Source of the DNA: an uncultured virus (IMG/VR IMGVR_UViG_3300042397_001422)
Taxonomy: Duplodnaviria > Heunggongvirae > Uroviricota > Caudoviricetes
DNA length: 20,000 bases
Reading direction: 5' to 3' (one strand)
IMG/VR virus record: IMGVR_UViG_3300042397_001422
The position numbers were made by a program, and so were the translations under genes. Below the pieces are notes generated by a model. That model was not told the DNA's origin, did not search any database, and saw nothing but the letters and a program-made list of their open reading frames with translations. Shown one piece after another: positions 8,885 through 16,527 of the stretch (positions are counted from its first letter, which is position 1; every line of letters begins with the position of its first letter).

Positions 8885-9629
8885 TGACACACACAACAAA
8901 CACAAACAACTGAATGGTAAGTTACCAGGTGGCGATTTGCTTATTCATAGTGGCGATATTACGTCATTAGGTAGAAAGGATGAGGTTGTAAGATTTGTTA
9001 AATGGTTTAATGGTATAGACAACTATACTAATAAAATCTTTATTGCCGGTAATCACGATATGACATTTGATAGAGAAATTCTATTGAGGAATAAATTGGC
9101 ACACTTTGAAGGTAGAACTGAATATGATACCGAATGTGCAGAAGGTAAACCCGATTGGTTAGATAATTTACTTATATCTGGATTAAATCCAAATGTATTT
9201 TATTTAGAGAATAGTTTTGTGGAATTGGATAATATTAAAATATGGGGTTCACCGACCAGTCCTACATTTGGTTATGGTTGGGGGTTTAATATAGATAGAG
9301 GGCATGAGATAAATAAAGTATGGAATGGGATACCAAATGATACTGATATTGTTATTACTCATAGTCCGATTCACGGGTATTGTGATAGAACATATAGAAC
9401 TAACGAAAACGTAGGGTGTGAACAATTATATCATAGATTAAATGAAATAAATCCATATCTACATTTTGCAGGTCATATCCACGAGGGGTATGGATATAAA
9501 GAAACCAATTGGGGGTATACGTTTAATGGGTCTACTTGTGATTTAACATATGACCCCATTAACAATCCAATAACATTTGATTACAATTTTACAACAAGAG
9601 AAATAGATTTTATAGATGATGATAACTAA
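8859..9629 (+). CDS. calcineurin-like metallophosphoesterase (MPPED/239FB-like)
   Basis: All five motifs present: SDTH, SGD, GNHD, THSP, GHIHE. Confidence 0.93.
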   Translation: MKMRITHISDTHNKHKQLNGKLPGGDLLIHSGDITSLGRKDEVVRFVKWFNGIDNYTNKIFIAGNHDMTFDREILLRNKLAHFEGRTEYDTECAEGKPDWLDNLLISGLNPNVFYLENSFVELDNIKIWGSPTSPTFGYGWGFNIDRGHEINKVWNGIPNDTDIVITHSPIHGYCDRTYRTNENVGCEQLYHRLNEINPYLHFAGHIHEGYGYKETNWGYTFNGSTCDLTYDPINNPITFDYNFTTREIDFIDDDN

Positions 9630-10038
9630 TAAAATACAATTATATTTGGATGATATAAGAACACCAAATAGTGATGATTGGCATGTAGTAAGAAATTATG
9701 ATGAGTTAGTATCACACATCAGATTAAATGGATTAGATAAATATGAAGTAATCAGTTTAGACCACGATTTAGGAGATACAGCACAAAAGGAATATTTTAA
9801 TAATGTATCACCTAATTACCAATTGGATTACAATAACATATTGGAAAAAACTGGATTAGATTGTGCTAAATGGTTGGTGGCTGAAAGTATGAATAGTAAA
9901 ATACCATTACCACAAATATACACCCATTCAGCCAATCCAATTGGTTCTGCAAATATTATGGGGTATGTAAACAACTATTTAAAAAATTGTAGATTACCAC
10001 AAACTTGTATCAGAGTTAAAATTGAACATATAATTTAA
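9616..10038 (+). CDS. cyclic-phosphate processing receiver-domain protein
   Basis: LYLDDIRTP...VVRNYDE...ISLDHDLG...TGLDCAKWL...HSANPIG is the characteristic motif series. Confidence 0.85.
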   Translation: MMITNKIQLYLDDIRTPNSDDWHVVRNYDELVSHIRLNGLDKYEVISLDHDLGDTAQKEYFNNVSPNYQLDYNNILEKTGLDCAKWLVAESMNSKIPLPQIYTHSANPIGSANIMGYVNNYLKNCRLPQTCIRVKIEHII

Positions 10039-10051
10039 AAAAAAGAAAGTT

Positions 10052-10666
10052 ATGATAACATTATGTATTATCGCAGGTATCGTATTTGTATTATGGATGG
10101 GATACTCAGGTTGGGCCGCACCTCTTATGAGAGAAAATGAAGATGGTAGTTGGACAACTCTACGACCACAAAAGAAATTTAGTGATTTGTTTAAAAAACA
10201 AACACCAACAAAAAACGAAGATGTGTTTGTTGATAAGGATGCATTTAAAAAATTAGCAGGAATTGGAATACCAAAATCTGCAGATACTACTAATACTGAT
10301 TTATTAAAAGAGTTGGCAGATAAGTGGAGTAAGGATGGGTTTCCTGAACCAGACCAATCAATACCAGTGAAGACCACAAAGATAACTACAATCAATACAA
10401 ACTTTGGCAACGATAATGACCCACTAGCACAAATTCCATTAAGTAGAGTATCCAATGAGGGTAAACAAAAGATGGCAGATATTGCAAGAGAGGATATCCG
10501 AATTAATACTGAAACTATCTCTAATGAGATTATGGGTTCAATTGGTACTAAACCAAAAACACAAACTGATTATGTAAGGGAACACACCCCAGTCATTTCT
10601 AAAAAAAGAAAACCAAAAAGTGTAAAACAAAACGAAGCCGAATTTGAATTAGGTGGTTCTGAATAA
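10052..10666 (+). CDS. membrane-anchored hypothetical protein (204 aa)
   Basis: N-terminal TM helix, then a K/T-rich hydrophilic region. Confidence 0.7.
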   Translation: MITLCIIAGIVFVLWMGYSGWAAPLMRENEDGSWTTLRPQKKFSDLFKKQTPTKNEDVFVDKDAFKKLAGIGIPKSADTTNTDLLKELADKWSKDGFPEPDQSIPVKTTKITTINTNFGNDNDPLAQIPLSRVSNEGKQKMADIAREDIRINTETISNEIMGSIGTKPKTQTDYVREHTPVISKKRKPKSVKQNEAEFELGGSE

Positions 10667-10667
10667 T

Positions 10668-11054
10668 ATGGAAATAAAATATAAAACTAGAAAATTAATT
10701 AAACCGGTAGACCTAAACGCAAGAGGTACTTTATTTGGTGGACAATTATTGAAGTGGATAGATGAGGAGGCAGCAATCTTTGCTATATGTCAATTAACAA
10801 CCTCGGCAAATACACCACATACCAATAGTATAGTAACAAAGATTATATCAGAAATTGATTTTGTTAATACTGCCAAACAGGGTGATATAATCGAAATCGG
10901 GTGTGGGTTAATCGGATTTGGTACAACCTCAATCACCTTTGCATGTGAGGTTCGTAATAAGAACACACAACAAACAATTGTTAAGGTAGACAAGATAGTA
11001 TTCGTAGTAGTGGATAAGGATGGTAAACCTACTCCTCATGGATTCGTTAAGTAA
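10668..11054 (+). CDS. acyl-CoA thioesterase, hotdog fold (YciA-like)
   Basis: KPVDLNARGTLFGGQLLKWIDEEAA, IDF...GD, GTTS, FVVVDKDGKP; ATG 10668 preferred. Confidence 0.9.
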   Translation: MEIKYKTRKLIKPVDLNARGTLFGGQLLKWIDEEAAIFAICQLTTSANTPHTNSIVTKIISEIDFVNTAKQGDIIEIGCGLIGFGTTSITFACEVRNKNTQQTIVKVDKIVFVVVDKDGKPTPHGFVK

Positions 11055-11072
11055 TTGATAATCAATCAGTTA
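11048..11072. promoter_or_regulatory. 25-bp dyad TAA-N4-TTGATAATCAA-N4-TTA (back-to-back IHF-like sites), copy 1
   Basis: TAAGTAATTGATAATCAATCAGTTA; matches WATCAANNNNTTR on both strands; 8 nt upstream of the promoter TTTG. Confidence 0.6.
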
Positions 11073-11079
11073 ATTTTAA

Positions 11080-11112
11080 ATTTGGAAATACCGATTTTTA
11101 TTCGTATATTTG
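11080..11112 (+). promoter_or_regulatory. Bacteroidota-type phage promoter, copy 4
   Basis: ATTTGGAAATACCGATTTTTATTCGTATATTTG; near-identical to copy 2. Confidence 0.87.
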
Positions 11113-11134
11113 AGTATAAACAATAAGATAAAAA

Positions 11135-11311
11135 ATGAAAACACACGCAAAAACACAATCAACAATTAACGTATCTAAGTTAGAATTTAATCATTGGGCT
11201 AAGAAATATAGAGTTTCAAGTATGTGGTTTGCAGATACACCGGAAAAACGGAATTTAATTGAACGCATCCAATTAGCAAAATACGCCGAATCTATGGGGT
11301 ATGGAAGATAA
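11135..11311 (+). CDS. hypothetical protein (58 aa, MKTHAKTQSTINVSKLEFNHWAKKYRVSS...)
   Basis: Translated by hand; first ORF after promoter 4. Confidence 0.7.
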   Translation: MKTHAKTQSTINVSKLEFNHWAKKYRVSSMWFADTPEKRNLIERIQLAKYAESMGYGR

Positions 11312-11326
11312 CCACCTATTAATATT

Positions 11327-11971
11327 ATGAAAGTAGAATTTAAAGACTCATTCTTTGAGAGTGTAGAAAAAATGGTTTGGTATGATACTAAACTTTGGAA
11401 AGTATGGGAAACTATTACTATTGATATTCCATTGTTCTTTAAGAATATATGGCGTTTCCGTAAAGAATTATATTCACACCAATGGTGGGATTATCGATAT
11501 ACCTTAGAAATATTATATCGTTCCCTAACTATTTTAGAAAAGGGATTGTCTAAAGATGGTATGGAAGTACCTGAAAGTAGAAATAAAAAAGTAGAGAAGA
11601 TTCGTAGGGTATTAGAATTACTTAAATCTAAATTAGATGATGATTATGTAGAGAGGGCAGAAAAGATATTAGGTGAAATCCCGTGGAAAAGACTTGAATG
11701 GGAGGATATAGAAGGAACTGATTTACATCGATTGGTAGATACCGATACCCCAGCAGAAAAAAAACATATGAAAAAAGTTTTTGCCCATGCTCGTAAAGTA
11801 GAGAAACAAGAATGGGTAGAAATGTGGGCAATCATTAGTGGACTTCAGACGGATGAACATTGGAAAGATTATATTAAAACTGAAGATTATACTAAATTAA
11901 ATACTGAAGGAAAATTTGAAGCACAATGGAAATGGTCAGATGGTTCAGATATGAGAACATGGTGGGATTGA
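11327..11971 (+). CDS. hypothetical phage protein (214 aa, Trp-rich, ends WWD)
   Basis: Long ORF; helical, W-rich. Confidence 0.8.
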   Translation: MKVEFKDSFFESVEKMVWYDTKLWKVWETITIDIPLFFKNIWRFRKELYSHQWWDYRYTLEILYRSLTILEKGLSKDGMEVPESRNKKVEKIRRVLELLKSKLDDDYVERAEKILGEIPWKRLEWEDIEGTDLHRLVDTDTPAEKKHMKKVFAHARKVEKQEWVEMWAIISGLQTDEHWKDYIKTEDYTKLNTEGKFEAQWKWSDGSDMRTWWD

Positions 11972-11975
11972 TAAA

Positions 11976-12500
11976 ATGAAACAAATTATAATTACAACTA
12001 TTTTAGTCATACTGGGTATGACTTCAATGTCACAAGTAAAAAACAAATATACTGAATTTAAATTACCGGCAATAAGTGATGAAATCCTAACACCTGATTC
12101 CATACTAAATAAGTTCATGTTATATTGGATAGGTAAACCATATAAATTGGGAGGGAATAGTGAACGAGGAATTGATTGTTCACAATTCAATAAACGTTTA
12201 TATAAAGATGTTTATAATAAAGTATTAGGTGAAGTAGCATATAAACAATGGGAGCAAACTCAACGTTTAAAAAAAGATAGTTTGATGGTAGGTGATTTAG
12301 TATTTTTCAGAAGTAAAGCATCACCATCTGGTTGGCATACTGGTACATATATTGGTAATAGTTATTTTATACACGCAGCAAATAAATACGAAGGTGTAAA
12401 GATTAGTAGTATAGAAGAACCACGATATAAACAAATGATTCGTGGGTATGGTAGATTAATTACTACACCACTTGTTATTTATAATAATAAAAAAATATAA
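11976..12500 (+). CDS. NlpC/P60 (C40) peptidase with signal peptide
   Basis: GKPYKLGG..RGIDCSQF, GDLVFF, HTGTYIG..FIHA (Cys-His-His triad). Confidence 0.92.
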   Translation: MKQIIITTILVILGMTSMSQVKNKYTEFKLPAISDEILTPDSILNKFMLYWIGKPYKLGGNSERGIDCSQFNKRLYKDVYNKVLGEVAYKQWEQTQRLKKDSLMVGDLVFFRSKASPSGWHTGTYIGNSYFIHAANKYEGVKISSIEEPRYKQMIRGYGRLITTPLVIYNNKKI

Positions 12501-12501
12501 T

Positions 12502-12675
12502 ATGGAATATATACCGATTTTTGGCCTAATGATATTGGTAATTGGATTTATCTGTTGGAGATGGGTAGTTGGTATAGATTACATGAAAGAGAATCATCCG
12601 GATTATACTGGTGATGATTTATTTGGAATATTTGATAACGAAATAAAAAAAGAAAATGAAAATGAAAATGATTAA
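12502..12675 (+). CDS. single-TM small protein
   Basis: ATG 12502 preferred; MEYIPIFGLMILVIGFICWRWV. Confidence 0.7.
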   Translation: MEYIPIFGLMILVIGFICWRWVVGIDYMKENHPDYTGDDLFGIFDNEIKKENENEND

Positions 12676-12955
12676 CTTTATTAAAAACAATCAAAAGTAT
12701 TTTACAATCGGTGGAGCGTGTATATTACTATTATTAACAGCACAACAACGCTCTCAGATTAAGGAATTGAAGAATCAACAATTTATACAAGGTGGTGATA
12801 TACAAAAAGCAAATATCATTGATTCATTGAATAGTGAATTATTTAATTTACAATCTACTAATGGTAGATATGAACTAGCGTTAGAACATCTATATGAAGT
12901 AAACCCATCAGCTGCAAAAGAGTTTGATGATTATTTAAATCACGAAACGGAATAA
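12656..12955 (+). CDS. membrane-anchored coiled-coil protein
   Basis: Hydrophobic segment FTIGGACILLLLTA followed by a helical region. Confidence 0.7.
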   Translation: MKMKMINFIKNNQKYFTIGGACILLLLTAQQRSQIKELKNQQFIQGGDIQKANIIDSLNSELFNLQSTNGRYELALEHLYEVNPSAAKEFDDYLNHETE

Positions 12956-13299
12956 TGAATCCTAATCTATTCTACGGAATCCTATATGGAATTATGGGAC
13001 AGATATTATCTTTCATGCAATTGCAAGGGAGTGTAAAATATGGATGGTATAAAGATTACCCAATGCTAACCCTATTAGCATCAATTCCGGCATCGTGGTT
13101 TTATTTAAAATCGGTAGAAGCATTAGTATTGTTATTTAATGGTCAATTATGGCCGAGTAGATTGATTGGGTTTGGGATTGGTATAGTGGTATTTATAGCA
13201 CTTAGTGTCATACTATTTAAAGAGCCAGTTTCATTAAAAACTTTGGTTTGTTTAATGTTAGCACTTAGTATATTATCAATACAGCTTTTTTGGAAATAA
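12955..13299 (+). CDS. 4-TM small membrane protein (DMT/SMR-like topology)
   Basis: 114 aa, four hydrophobic helices, ILFKEPVS motif before the last helix. Confidence 0.65.
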   Translation: MNPNLFYGILYGIMGQILSFMQLQGSVKYGWYKDYPMLTLLASIPASWFYLKSVEALVLLFNGQLWPSRLIGFGIGIVVFIALSVILFKEPVSLKTLVCLMLALSILSIQLFWK

Positions 13300-13353
13300 T
13301 ATTTATATTTATATACGAATATATACTTTTACCTAAACCCAATTCCACCTACC

Positions 13354-13602
13354 ATGTTGTTCAAACTTCTAAAGACAAGTTTAGCATCCAAAGGTAAATC
13401 TGGTTTGTTTTCCAAAAAAAGAAATGATATCACATTATGTGATATCGATTTTGAATTAGAGACTTGGTTACACGATAGAGAGAATCGTTACACAAGACCG
13501 GTTAACAAATCACTTAATGAATCTGTCATCAATAATCTAACTGGCCGTGATGGTTGGGATGATTGGGATGATAATAAGGCTCATACCGAAGGAGCTATTT
13601 AA
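13354..13602 (+). CDS. hypothetical protein (82 aa)
   Basis: ORF followed by a terminator hairpin. Confidence 0.55.
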   Translation: MLFKLLKTSLASKGKSGLFSKKRNDITLCDIDFELETWLHDRENRYTRPVNKSLNESVINNLTGRDGWDDWDDNKAHTEGAI

Positions 13603-13621
13603 AAATCTTGCATGCCGTGCC

Positions 13622-13645
13622 AAAGAACCCCAATTGGGGTTTTTT
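13622..13645. terminator. likely bidirectional intrinsic terminator
   Basis: AAAGAACCCC-AATT-GGGGTTTTTT hairpin between convergent genes. Confidence 0.75.
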
Positions 13646-13649
13646 GTAT

Positions 13650-14198
13650 TTAGCGAGGTTTGCCGTATATTCTTTTTGTAATTCTTTTACTCACCTTAGA
13701 TAGTGAGCGAGTATAATATCCATTACCAATAAACTGTGGTTCTTTATCCTTACCTATGATATCAATTATTTTATTCTCATCAGTAACAAATGGTGCACCA
13801 GCTGAAGATAGAATTTCCTCCATCTTTAAACTAGCCTCAATAAACCATCCGGCAGTTTTAGTTAACTTAATAGTTTGTTTAACTAAATCTCTTTTTGCTT
13901 CTGGTTTGCCATTAGTTGCAAGTAGTGCAATCTTATTACCAAACTTAGTTACCTTATATATAATAAACTCATCGGGTACATTATCGTTATCAATATCCTT
14001 TAAACGAACTGCCTTATATTTTGATTGCATCTCCCCTGCTGAGTTAGCAGATAAATCCATTCCTTGTTTAAGGTACGATGATTTATACATATCCCAAATA
14101 ATATCCATACCATCTTTATCTACCTTATGTAAATCGTAGTTAATCCACTCACCGGATGGTATTTCAAATTCTTGTAATATTTCTAGTAACTTAATCAT
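13650..14198 (-). CDS. MIKLxxILxE-leader protein 3 (182 aa); putative virion-packaged protein
   Basis: Starts MIKLLEILQE; ATGA overlap with the upstream gene. Confidence 0.8.
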   Translation of the reverse strand: MIKLLEILQEFEIPSGEWINYDLHKVDKDGMDIIWDMYKSSYLKQGMDLSANSAGEMQSKYKAVRLKDIDNDNVPDEFIIYKVTKFGNKIALLATNGKPEAKRDLVKQTIKLTKTAGWFIEASLKMEEILSSAGAPFVTDENKIIDIIGKDKEPQFIGNGYYTRSLSKVSKRITKRIYGKPR

Positions 14199-14205
14199 TT
14201 ATTTT
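14187..14205 (-). repeat. 19-bp gene-junction direct repeat, copy A (AAAATAAATGATTAAGTTA on the - strand)
   Basis: Identical to 14615-14633. Confidence 0.85.
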
Positions 14206-14626
14206 GTTTATTTAATATCTTAAATACAAAATCAGTCTCATTCCAAATTGTTTTTAAACTTTCTTTATTTATCAATTGAGAGAGTTGAGCATCTGTAATT
14301 TTTCCTAATTTGCGTAATTGAATACCAAAATGTTTAATCAATATAATAGGATACTTATCAGACCCGTAATTTTTCTGCTTAATTTCTTTGGTAGTATCTT
14401 GTTTAGCAATTATTAATTTATCGTATATTTGTTTTTTTAATCCAGTGTCTGATGGTTCATTATCTTCATCATATCGTTCCAAATATCTATCTGCAAAAGC
14501 TTTACCATAATTTTTTAACAAATCGTTGTACTGATTTTGTACATCCTTTGGATAATCTTTTAATGGGGCAGTTTTTGTATTTATAGTTCTGCCTACTTCT
14601 TTTAATATATCGTTTAACTTAATCAT
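14195..14626 (-). CDS. MIKLxxILxE-leader protein 2 (143 aa, basic)
   Basis: Starts MIKLNDILKE; ATGA overlaps at both ends. Confidence 0.8.
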   Translation of the reverse strand: MIKLNDILKEVGRTINTKTAPLKDYPKDVQNQYNDLLKNYGKAFADRYLERYDEDNEPSDTGLKKQIYDKLIIAKQDTTKEIKQKNYGSDKYPIILIKHFGIQLRKLGKITDAQLSQLINKESLKTIWNETDFVFKILNKQNK

Positions 14627-14633
14627 TTATTTT
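14615..14633 (-). repeat. 19-bp gene-junction direct repeat, copy B
   Basis: Identical to 14187-14205. Confidence 0.85.
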
Positions 14634-14949
14634 TTATAAATAGCTCACCTAATACTTCCAATCTACCCACTTCAATTTGAAATGTAGTCTGGTCCATATC
14701 CAATGATATTTTACCTAATGTTTCTATGAATTCTTTTTTAACCGTATCAGTATCTAATTCACCCTTTTTAGCCTTTTCATAGTAAGGTAGTTTCACAGCA
14801 AAGTGATGGTAAGTTAATAAAGCATCCCCACCCTTTTCTTTTGCAGTTTGTGCTATCTTTGTAGCCCCACCCAACCGGTTACCTGCGAAATTTAAAAAAT
14901 CAGTATCTTGTACTAATTCTTCGTTTAATATATTTCTTAACTTTATCAT
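14623..14949 (-). CDS. MIKLxxILxE-leader protein 1 (108 aa)
   Basis: Starts MIKLRNILNE; first gene of the inverted cassette. Confidence 0.8.
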   Translation of the reverse strand: MIKLRNILNEELVQDTDFLNFAGNRLGGATKIAQTAKEKGGDALLTYHHFAVKLPYYEKAKKGELDTDTVKKEFIETLGKISLDMDQTTFQIEVGRLEVLGELFIKNK

Positions 14950-14952
14950 ACC

Positions 14953-14961
14953 TATAAATAT
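14953..14961 (-). promoter_or_regulatory. candidate late-promoter motif ATATTTATA
   Basis: 3 nt upstream of ATG 14949 on the - strand; the same 9-mer at 13299-13307 (+) is also intergenic; short and AT-rich, so tentative. Confidence 0.35.
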
Positions 14962-14985
14962 TTAGTTAAAAATAAATGATAAAAA

Positions 14986-15018
14986 ATTTGGAAATGTGAG
15001 CTTTATTTCGTAGTTTAG
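14986..15018 (+). promoter_or_regulatory. Bacteroidota-type phage promoter, copy 5
   Basis: ATTTGGAAATGTGAGCTTTATTTCGTAGTTTAG; divergent from the - strand cassette. Confidence 0.8.
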
Positions 15019-15041
15019 CTATGTAATAAGAAATAAGAGAT

Positions 15042-15242
15042 ATGACAAATGAAGAGATTGTTGCGATGAGTGTGAGTGAGTATACTGATTTACTTATCAG
15101 TATGGCCGAGATGAATGGTCACAACGACCCTCATAAGGTCAATTGGGATTACACCTTTTGGCATGGGGTTAGTTCGGAGGAGAGATACTCCGAGGCTATT
15201 GTTGAATTGGCATCACGCGGAATAGAATCGTGGGATAATTAA
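15042..15242 (+). CDS. hypothetical protein (66 aa)
   Basis: First ORF after promoter 5. Confidence 0.7.
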   Translation: MTNEEIVAMSVSEYTDLLISMAEMNGHNDPHKVNWDYTFWHGVSSEERYSEAIVELASRGIESWDN

Positions 15243-15266
15243 TTAGTAAACTTTAAAATATAAAAT

Positions 15267-15521
15267 ATGGACATCAGAGAACAATGTAAAGAACGTGCGA
15301 TTCAATTCGCTAAAGAGTGGAATTGTGATAACGTAAGTGAACACATCTTAGATATTATGGTATCGATTATGTGTACTCGTGATAAATCATCTTACGCAGG
15401 TGGAGGGTTTGTTGAGGCCGTAGTTGCTAACAATTTATACCTTGCTATGAGTAGGGCAGATACCGATTGTAAAAATAACATTTTCTTATTGACAATGTGT
15501 AAAGCAAATTGTTTTATTTAA
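15267..15521 (+). CDS. hypothetical protein (84 aa, GGGFVEAVVANNL..A..RAD motif)
   Basis: ORF with an A-rich leader. Confidence 0.75.
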   Translation: MDIREQCKERAIQFAKEWNCDNVSEHILDIMVSIMCTRDKSSYAGGGFVEAVVANNLYLAMSRADTDCKNNIFLLTMCKANCFI

Positions 15522-15535
15522 ACATATAAATATTT

Positions 15536-15664
15536 ATGGAACATATATATACGTGGGTAGATTACACCCTAGCAACTATTGAATTAATAGCCTTATTTGG
15601 TATAATGGGAATTATGGCTTTATTGGTCTATAAGGATTATAAACGATTTGATTACAAAAAATAA
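15536..15664 (+). CDS. single-TM small protein (42 aa)
   Basis: Translated by hand: MEHIYTWVDYTLATIELIALFGIMGIMALLVYKDYKRFDYKK. Confidence 0.6.
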   Translation: MEHIYTWVDYTLATIELIALFGIMGIMALLVYKDYKRFDYKK

Positions 15665-15670
15665 ACATAA

Positions 15671-15850
15671 ATGAAAACTGAAAAAGAAAACCTTACAATT
15701 GGTGATTTGCAAGAAATCGAAATGATTTTATTAGAAGCATCTGCATGGGGTCTTAGGGCTGAAGTGGAAATTTCCGCGGAAGGATATTTATCAGAGGGTC
15801 ACTCAGCTGTTGATTCATATCAATACGCATACGATGATTGGATAAAATAA
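15671..15850 (+). CDS. acidic hypothetical protein (59 aa)
   Basis: Translated by hand: MKTEKENLTIGDLQEIEMILLEASAWGLRAEVE...YAYDDWIK. Confidence 0.7.
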   Translation: MKTEKENLTIGDLQEIEMILLEASAWGLRAEVEISAEGYLSEGHSAVDSYQYAYDDWIK

Positions 15851-15856
15851 AATTAT

Positions 15857-15970
15857 ATGGATATAAATCAAATAGTAAACGCAGGAGGTGCATTCATAGC
15901 AGGTGCATTTGCTGTATGGTTAGCTAGAATAGCAAAAAAAGATTTAACTAAAAAAAGAATAAAAAAGTAA
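15857..15970 (+). CDS. single-TM peptide with a basic tail (37 aa)
   Basis: Translated by hand: MDINQIVNAGGAFIAGAFAVWLARIAKKDLTKKRIKK; abuts the next ATG. Confidence 0.55.
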   Translation: MDINQIVNAGGAFIAGAFAVWLARIAKKDLTKKRIKK

Positions 15971-16231
15971 ATGGCTAATATCATACACATATTAGAGGGT
16001 TGGGGTAATTACGTCAGACAACAATTTGATATATTAGATTCTGATACTCAAGACTTAGCATCAAATCGGTTATTGCATTGTGATAAATGTTTAATTAGAA
16101 CAGGTAATTCGTGTGACCCAAATAAATGGGGAATCCATATAACAACAGGTGAACGGAAATATGGATGTGGATGTAACATATCAGCAAAAACCCTTTCGCG
16201 TGGTTCTCAATGTCCAATCGGTAAATGGTAA
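15971..16231 (+). CDS. Cys-rich putative metal-binding protein (DUF6171-like)
   Basis: RLLHCDKC...C...GCGCNISAK...CPIGKW pattern. Confidence 0.7.
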   Translation: MANIIHILEGWGNYVRQQFDILDSDTQDLASNRLLHCDKCLIRTGNSCDPNKWGIHITTGERKYGCGCNISAKTLSRGSQCPIGKW

Positions 16232-16236
16232 AGAAT

Positions 16237-16506
16237 ATGAAAGCAATAAAGAACGAAAAGCGGATTGAGTTATTAGAGGGTATTGGTGTTATCATGCGAA
16301 TCATAGCATTTGGAACTCTGTCTATAATGGGCCCAGATACTCCCTTTCTTTGGATGTGGATATGGAATTCAGTTGATGCCGTTATCTTAACTTACGCTGC
16401 ATGGCAACGTAATAATAAACCATATATCCTATTGAATTTCTTTTGGTTAATTGTGGGTATTGTAGGTATTTACACCTCAATATATGGAAACCCATTTTCT
16501 CATTAA
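16237..16506 (+). CDS. small 3-TM membrane protein
   Basis: Hydrophobic helices, W.WN...YAA...PYILLNFFW; ATG 16237 or 16225. Confidence 0.7.
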   Translation: MKAIKNEKRIELLEGIGVIMRIIAFGTLSIMGPDTPFLWMWIWNSVDAVILTYAAWQRNNKPYILLNFFWLIVGIVGIYTSIYGNPFSH

Positions 16507-16527
16507 CCTTGCCCGCTCAGAATCGTT

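Noticed and set aside
12502..12955. Holin/spanin pair next to NlpC/P60
   Set aside because: No convincing lipobox-bearing o-spanin or nested gene arrangement; evidence insufficient
13288..13325. TTTGGAAATA as a seventh early promoter
   Set aside because: It lies in the end of a CDS and lacks TCGTAnnTTWG 20 nt downstream
14953..14960. TATAAATA on the + strand as a T4 gp55 late promoter (also at 653-660)
   Set aside because: An AT-only 8-mer is expected by chance here and both copies sit beside better-supported Bacteroidota-type promoters; kept only as a tentative - strand motif
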